Positions 60,521-64,000 of a stretch of 64,000 nucleotides of DNA are shown here, one piece after another. Source of the stretch: Candidatus Cryptobacteroides sp. (GTDB taxonomy: Bacteria > Bacteroidota > Bacteroidia > Bacteroidales > UBA932); the NCBI GenBank assembly GCA_045644485.1, contig JAZRGY010000083.1, positions 10,313-74,312 of the forward strand, read 5' to 3'. Position 1 is the stretch's first letter; each line of letters starts with the position of its first letter. The position numbers and the translations under genes are program-made. The notes beneath the pieces were generated by a model. That model was not told the DNA's origin. It did no database searches and saw only the letters and a program-made list of their open reading frames with translations.

Positions 60521-61642
60521 ATGGCTAATTTCAGAACCGACTCTAGAATCGTCATGACACTTGACGCAAACAGCGCCTTGATGGTATTCGGAGCCATGCA
60601 GGGTGGTGAATTCATCGTTGAGCCGATAACGTTGGAGGCGAACTCTCACGATCTTGACCTTTGCCTGCAGACAATGGTTAAAGGCTTCAGGATGATAAGA
60701 GAACAGTTGGACAGACAGCCTGCTGCCATAAGTTTCGCATTTCCCGGTCCGGCAGACTATCCCAACGGCATCATCTACGGATACCTGCTCAACTTCCCTT
60801 CCTTCAGAGACGGTGTTGCGCTTGGACCTTATCTGAGAAAAAAATTCGGAATACCTGTATACATAAACAACGACGGAGACCTCTTTGCCTACGGAGAAGC
60901 GCTGGGAGGAGTACTTCCGGAGGTCAACGAAAGACTTGAACTTGCCGGAAGCAAGAAAAGGTACCGCAACATGCTCGGCTATGTGTTCGGAGACGGATTC
61001 GGAGTAGGAATGATTGTGAACGGAATGCTCAACAGAGGTGATAATTCATGTGTGGAAACCTGCTATTTCCCACATAGCAGGCGCCCTGACATAATCGTCG
61101 AGGAAGGCGTATCCATAAGAGGAGTAAAACGACTTTACAGGGAACTGTCCGGAGATGACCGCGACCTTGAACCCAAAGACATATTCGACATAGCGGAAGG
61201 CAAGACAGAAGGTTCGAAAGATGCCGCTGTACAGGCTTTCGCCGAAATGGGAGAACTTACCGGAGAGGTCATCCTTCCTGCCGCAAACATCACAGACGGA
61301 CTGGTAGTCCTCGGTGGCGGAATGACAGGTGCATCCAAATACATAAAGCCGGCCATCCTCAATGTAATGAGATCGAAGATAAGCACCCTGGACGGAAAGG
61401 AACTAGGCAGGATACCTATGAAGGTCTATGACCTGGACAACGAAGAGGAATTCGCTGAATTCATAAAGGGAGAGCAGCAGAAGATGAAGATCTACGACAG
61501 CGAAATCGAAGTAGACTTCGACCCTCAGAAGAGGATCGGAGTCATGGTATCGAAAATGGGCGCAAGCAAAGCAATTGCAATCGGAGCCTATGCCTTCGCT
61601 CTTGACCAACTCGACCGCAGAAACAGAATGAGCCGCTTCTAG
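60521..61642 (+). CDS. ROK-family protein (Bacteroidales hexokinase-like) with degenerate ATP-binding motifs
   Basis: ISFAFPGPADY, INNDG, GEA, GDN and LGGG are present, but DAGGT reads DANSA and LGTG reads FGDG. Start moved to MANFR. Confidence 0.85.
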   Translation: MANFRTDSRIVMTLDANSALMVFGAMQGGEFIVEPITLEANSHDLDLCLQTMVKGFRMIREQLDRQPAAISFAFPGPADYPNGIIYGYLLNFPSFRDGVALGPYLRKKFGIPVYINNDGDLFAYGEALGGVLPEVNERLELAGSKKRYRNMLGYVFGDGFGVGMIVNGMLNRGDNSCVETCYFPHSRRPDIIVEEGVSIRGVKRLYRELSGDDRDLEPKDIFDIAEGKTEGSKDAAVQAFAEMGELTGEVILPAANITDGLVVLGGGMTGASKYIKPAILNVMRSKISTLDGKELGRIPMKVYDLDNEEEFAEFIKGEQQKMKIYDSEIEVDFDPQKRIGVMVSKMGASKAIAIGAYAFALDQLDRRNRMSRF

Positions 61643-62232
61643 AGGTCCTCGGCATTGGCAGACTGGTCGACCCAGATAAGGGCATTCGTATCATAGCCTC
61701 TTCCCTCTGCTTCTTCCAGCACAAGATCCATGACCTTGTCACTTACCACAGGTGTACGGGACAGAATCCACAAGTACTTAGGACTCTTGCTTCCGACCAG
61801 AGCGACCTGATAGTCATCGTCCAGCATCAGGATATTGTAGTCACTGTAAAAGAACAGGAAGAAAGACACTTCAAGATGGGCCGGATCCTTTATAGGGTCC
61901 GGCTGCTTTGCCTTTCCCTCCGCGGTCTTGTACTTACCGTCTTTCCAGCCCGAATTCAATACATCGATCTTGCCGTCCTCTCGAAGAAGATATTCAGCAG
62001 TGACATTTTCCATTCCCCTCTCGAAACTATGGTCGAAACGGGCGATTTCGTACCATGTACCAAGGTACCTTGTCAGATCGAAATCAGAAACAGGAGAATT
62101 GTTGTACTTTGTGGTCTGCACTCCTTGGAGATTCAGAGATGTCCTGGCACTATGCGGACCAGATGGAGTCTGCGAACAGGAAAGCACAGGAAGCGCTACC
62201 GCTGCCAATGCAAAAGAAATAAGACGTATCAT
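61639..62232 (-). CDS. blc: outer-membrane lipoprotein lipocalin
   Basis: VLSC lipobox, RYLGTWYEIARF, VSFF and YLWILSRTP. Confidence 0.9.
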   Translation of the reverse strand: MIRLISFALAAVALPVLSCSQTPSGPHSARTSLNLQGVQTTKYNNSPVSDFDLTRYLGTWYEIARFDHSFERGMENVTAEYLLREDGKIDVLNSGWKDGKYKTAEGKAKQPDPIKDPAHLEVSFFLFFYSDYNILMLDDDYQVALVGSKSPKYLWILSRTPVVSDKVMDLVLEEAEGRGYDTNALIWVDQSANAEDL

Positions 62233-62277
62233 ATCACTTTTAATAACTAACCGAAACGTCTCAAGACAACTTCCGTG

Positions 62278-63213
62278 CTAGTTCTGCATGCCGCCGACAA
62301 GATCCAGAATTTCGGCGGTGATCGCCTGCTGACGTCCTTTGTTATAGGCCAGGGTGAGTTCGGCTATGAGACCCTGGGCATTATCCGATGCTACCTGCAT
62401 TGCGACAGTCCTGGCGGCATGTTCGGCAGCCGAGGCGTCGAGCGCCACAGTATATATCTTCATATTGAGGACTAGCGGAAGAAGATCGCGGACAAGTTCC
62501 AGAGGGTCAGGCTCGAGAATATAGTCCACTGGTTCCGGAGATTCATTAAAGTCCTGCATCGCAAGGGGGAGATAATTTTCCCGCACGGACGGTTGGGATG
62601 ACATCGAAGCGAAATGGTTATAGACCAGGATGACCTGCCCTACTTCCCCTGCGGCAAATCTGCTCACAAGTTCAGAAGCAAGGTCTGACGCCTTAGCATA
62701 ATCAGGCTTGTCCGAAAGGTCAGGAAGGTCTTTATAAGACTCATATCCTTCACGACGCACTGCTTCAGCCACCTTTCTGCCGACAGTATAAATATCCACA
62801 TCCTCTACAGAATACCCGCCCTCAAAAAGAAGGTGCATGGTCTGGTCGAACTTCTTTATCACATTTGCGTTGAAGGCTCCGATAAGGGACGAATTCGAGG
62901 AGAACACGACTAGCGCAACACGCGGAGTGTCTTCCTTGACAGGGACAGCATCCAATGACGTATCCTGAAGGCTCACAGGAGACTTGCCACCGTTTCCGAA
63001 TCCAAGTTCCTTCTGAAGAGACTTCTGCAGATCGTCATCCTGAAGCATTCCGGAAAGCATCTTATGGAGTTTCTGCTCGTAGGGCAACTTATTTCCAATG
63101 GCAGACTGCGCCTTGTGAAGTTTGGCTGATGCGACCATCTTCATTGCAGATGTGATCTTCAGCGTATTCTTCACCGACGCTATCCTGCTCTTTATTTCCT
63201 TCAACGACGCCAT
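62278..63213 (-). CDS. atpG: F1 ATP synthase gamma subunit
   Basis: KITSAMKMVA, EHAARTVAM and RQQAITAEILD. Confidence 0.96.
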   Translation of the reverse strand: MASLKEIKSRIASVKNTLKITSAMKMVASAKLHKAQSAIGNKLPYEQKLHKMLSGMLQDDDLQKSLQKELGFGNGGKSPVSLQDTSLDAVPVKEDTPRVALVVFSSNSSLIGAFNANVIKKFDQTMHLLFEGGYSVEDVDIYTVGRKVAEAVRREGYESYKDLPDLSDKPDYAKASDLASELVSRFAAGEVGQVILVYNHFASMSSQPSVRENYLPLAMQDFNESPEPVDYILEPDPLELVRDLLPLVLNMKIYTVALDASAAEHAARTVAMQVASDNAQGLIAELTLAYNKGRQQAITAEILDLVGGMQN

Positions 63214-63240
63214 GTTTCCTTAGGTATTCTGTTTTTCGGA

Positions 63241-64000
63241 CTACAGCAGTCCGTTCACTATAGATGCCGCCTCTTTTTCTATAATTGCCGATATTTCATC
63301 ATTGATGATGCCTTCAGACAGAGGCGCAAGCACATCCTCAGCATGGAAGGCTCTCATCTTGCTGAGGAAGGTGGTCTGGAAGTCCTCCACCATTGAGATA
63401 GGAAGATCTCTCAGAAGACCCTTTGTTCCACAGTAAAGTATGGCCACCTGCTCTCCTACAGGCATAGGGGAATACTGCGGCTGCACAAGCAGCACATTGT
63501 TCTTCCTACCTTTGTCCAAAGCCATTGCTGTAACAGGATCCAGATCGCTGCTGAACTTAGAGAACGACTCAAGTTCACGATACTGAGCCTGATCGATCTT
63601 CAGCGTTCCTGCAACCTTCTTCATACTCTTTATCTGTGCACTACCTCCTACACGTGACACCGATATACCCACATTCACAGCAGGTCGGAATCCCTGGTTG
63701 AAAAGATCCGTCTCAAGGAAGATCTGACCGTCAGTAATCGAAATCACATTCGTAGGGATGTATGCAGACACGTCACCTGCCTGCGTCTCGATGATAGGAA
63801 GGGCTGTAAGCGAGCCACCTGCCTTGACCTTACCTCTCAGGGATTCCGGCAGATCGTTCATCTGTTCAGCCACCTCCTGCTGCGATATGATCTTGGCAGC
63901 CCTCTCGAGAAGACGCGAATGAAGATAGAAGATGTCTCCAGGATAAGCCTCTCGTCCCGACGGACGGCGAAGAATCAGAGAGACCTCACGATAAGCCACT
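63241..64000 (-). CDS. atpA: F1 ATP synthase alpha subunit (C-terminal part; begins beyond window end)
   Basis: [40 protein letters not shown] and SVSRVG. Confidence 0.98.
   Translation of the reverse strand, partial: VAYREVSLILRRPSGREAYPGDIFYLHSRLLERAAKIISQQEVAEQMNDLPESLRGKVKAGGSLTALPIIETQAGDVSAYIPTNVISITDGQIFLETDLFNQGFRPAVNVGISVSRVGGSAQIKSMKKVAGTLKIDQAQYRELESFSKFSSDLDPVTAMALDKGRKNNVLLVQPQYSPMPVGEQVAILYCGTKGLLRDLPISMVEDFQTTFLSKMRAFHAEDVLAPLSEGIINDEISAIIEKEAASIVNGLL

Overview
64 kb of a compact Bacteroidales chromosome (inferred from SusC/SusD pairs, TAnnTTTG -7 promoter elements, A-rich start regions without Shine-Dalgarno motifs, and Bacteroidetes-type AtpA and FeoAB). About 42 CDS; I found no rRNA, tRNA, CRISPR array, transposase or phage gene. 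The centre (12.7-40.9 kb) is a complete starch/alpha-glucan polysaccharide utilisation locus (PUL): GH97, four GH13 enzymes, GH77, SusE/F-like proteins, an MFS maltose-type transporter and two paralogous SusC/SusD pairs, one of them in inverted orientation. No SusR, hybrid two-component system (HTCS), ECF sigma or LacI regulator is present. Instead a LytS/LytTR two-component system flanks the locus, and matching tandem LytTR-type boxes (AlgR-like CCGTTCRTC, 21-bp period) sit at nearly the same distance upstream of both minus-strand PUL operons. This is the most interesting signal in the window. Other highlights are an Fe-SOD-rubredoxin fusion, a candidate ~90-nt sRNA, a family of CGTC-tagged REP-like palindromes placed right after stop codons, a 110-bp MITE-like branched palindrome, a ROK protein with both ATP-binding loops degenerate, and divergent promoters with a fixed 13-bp spacing. 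The rest is housekeeping (uvrA, rsgA, recO, rdgB, queH, feoAB, atpA/atpG and others). All calls are by eye; no database searches were run.
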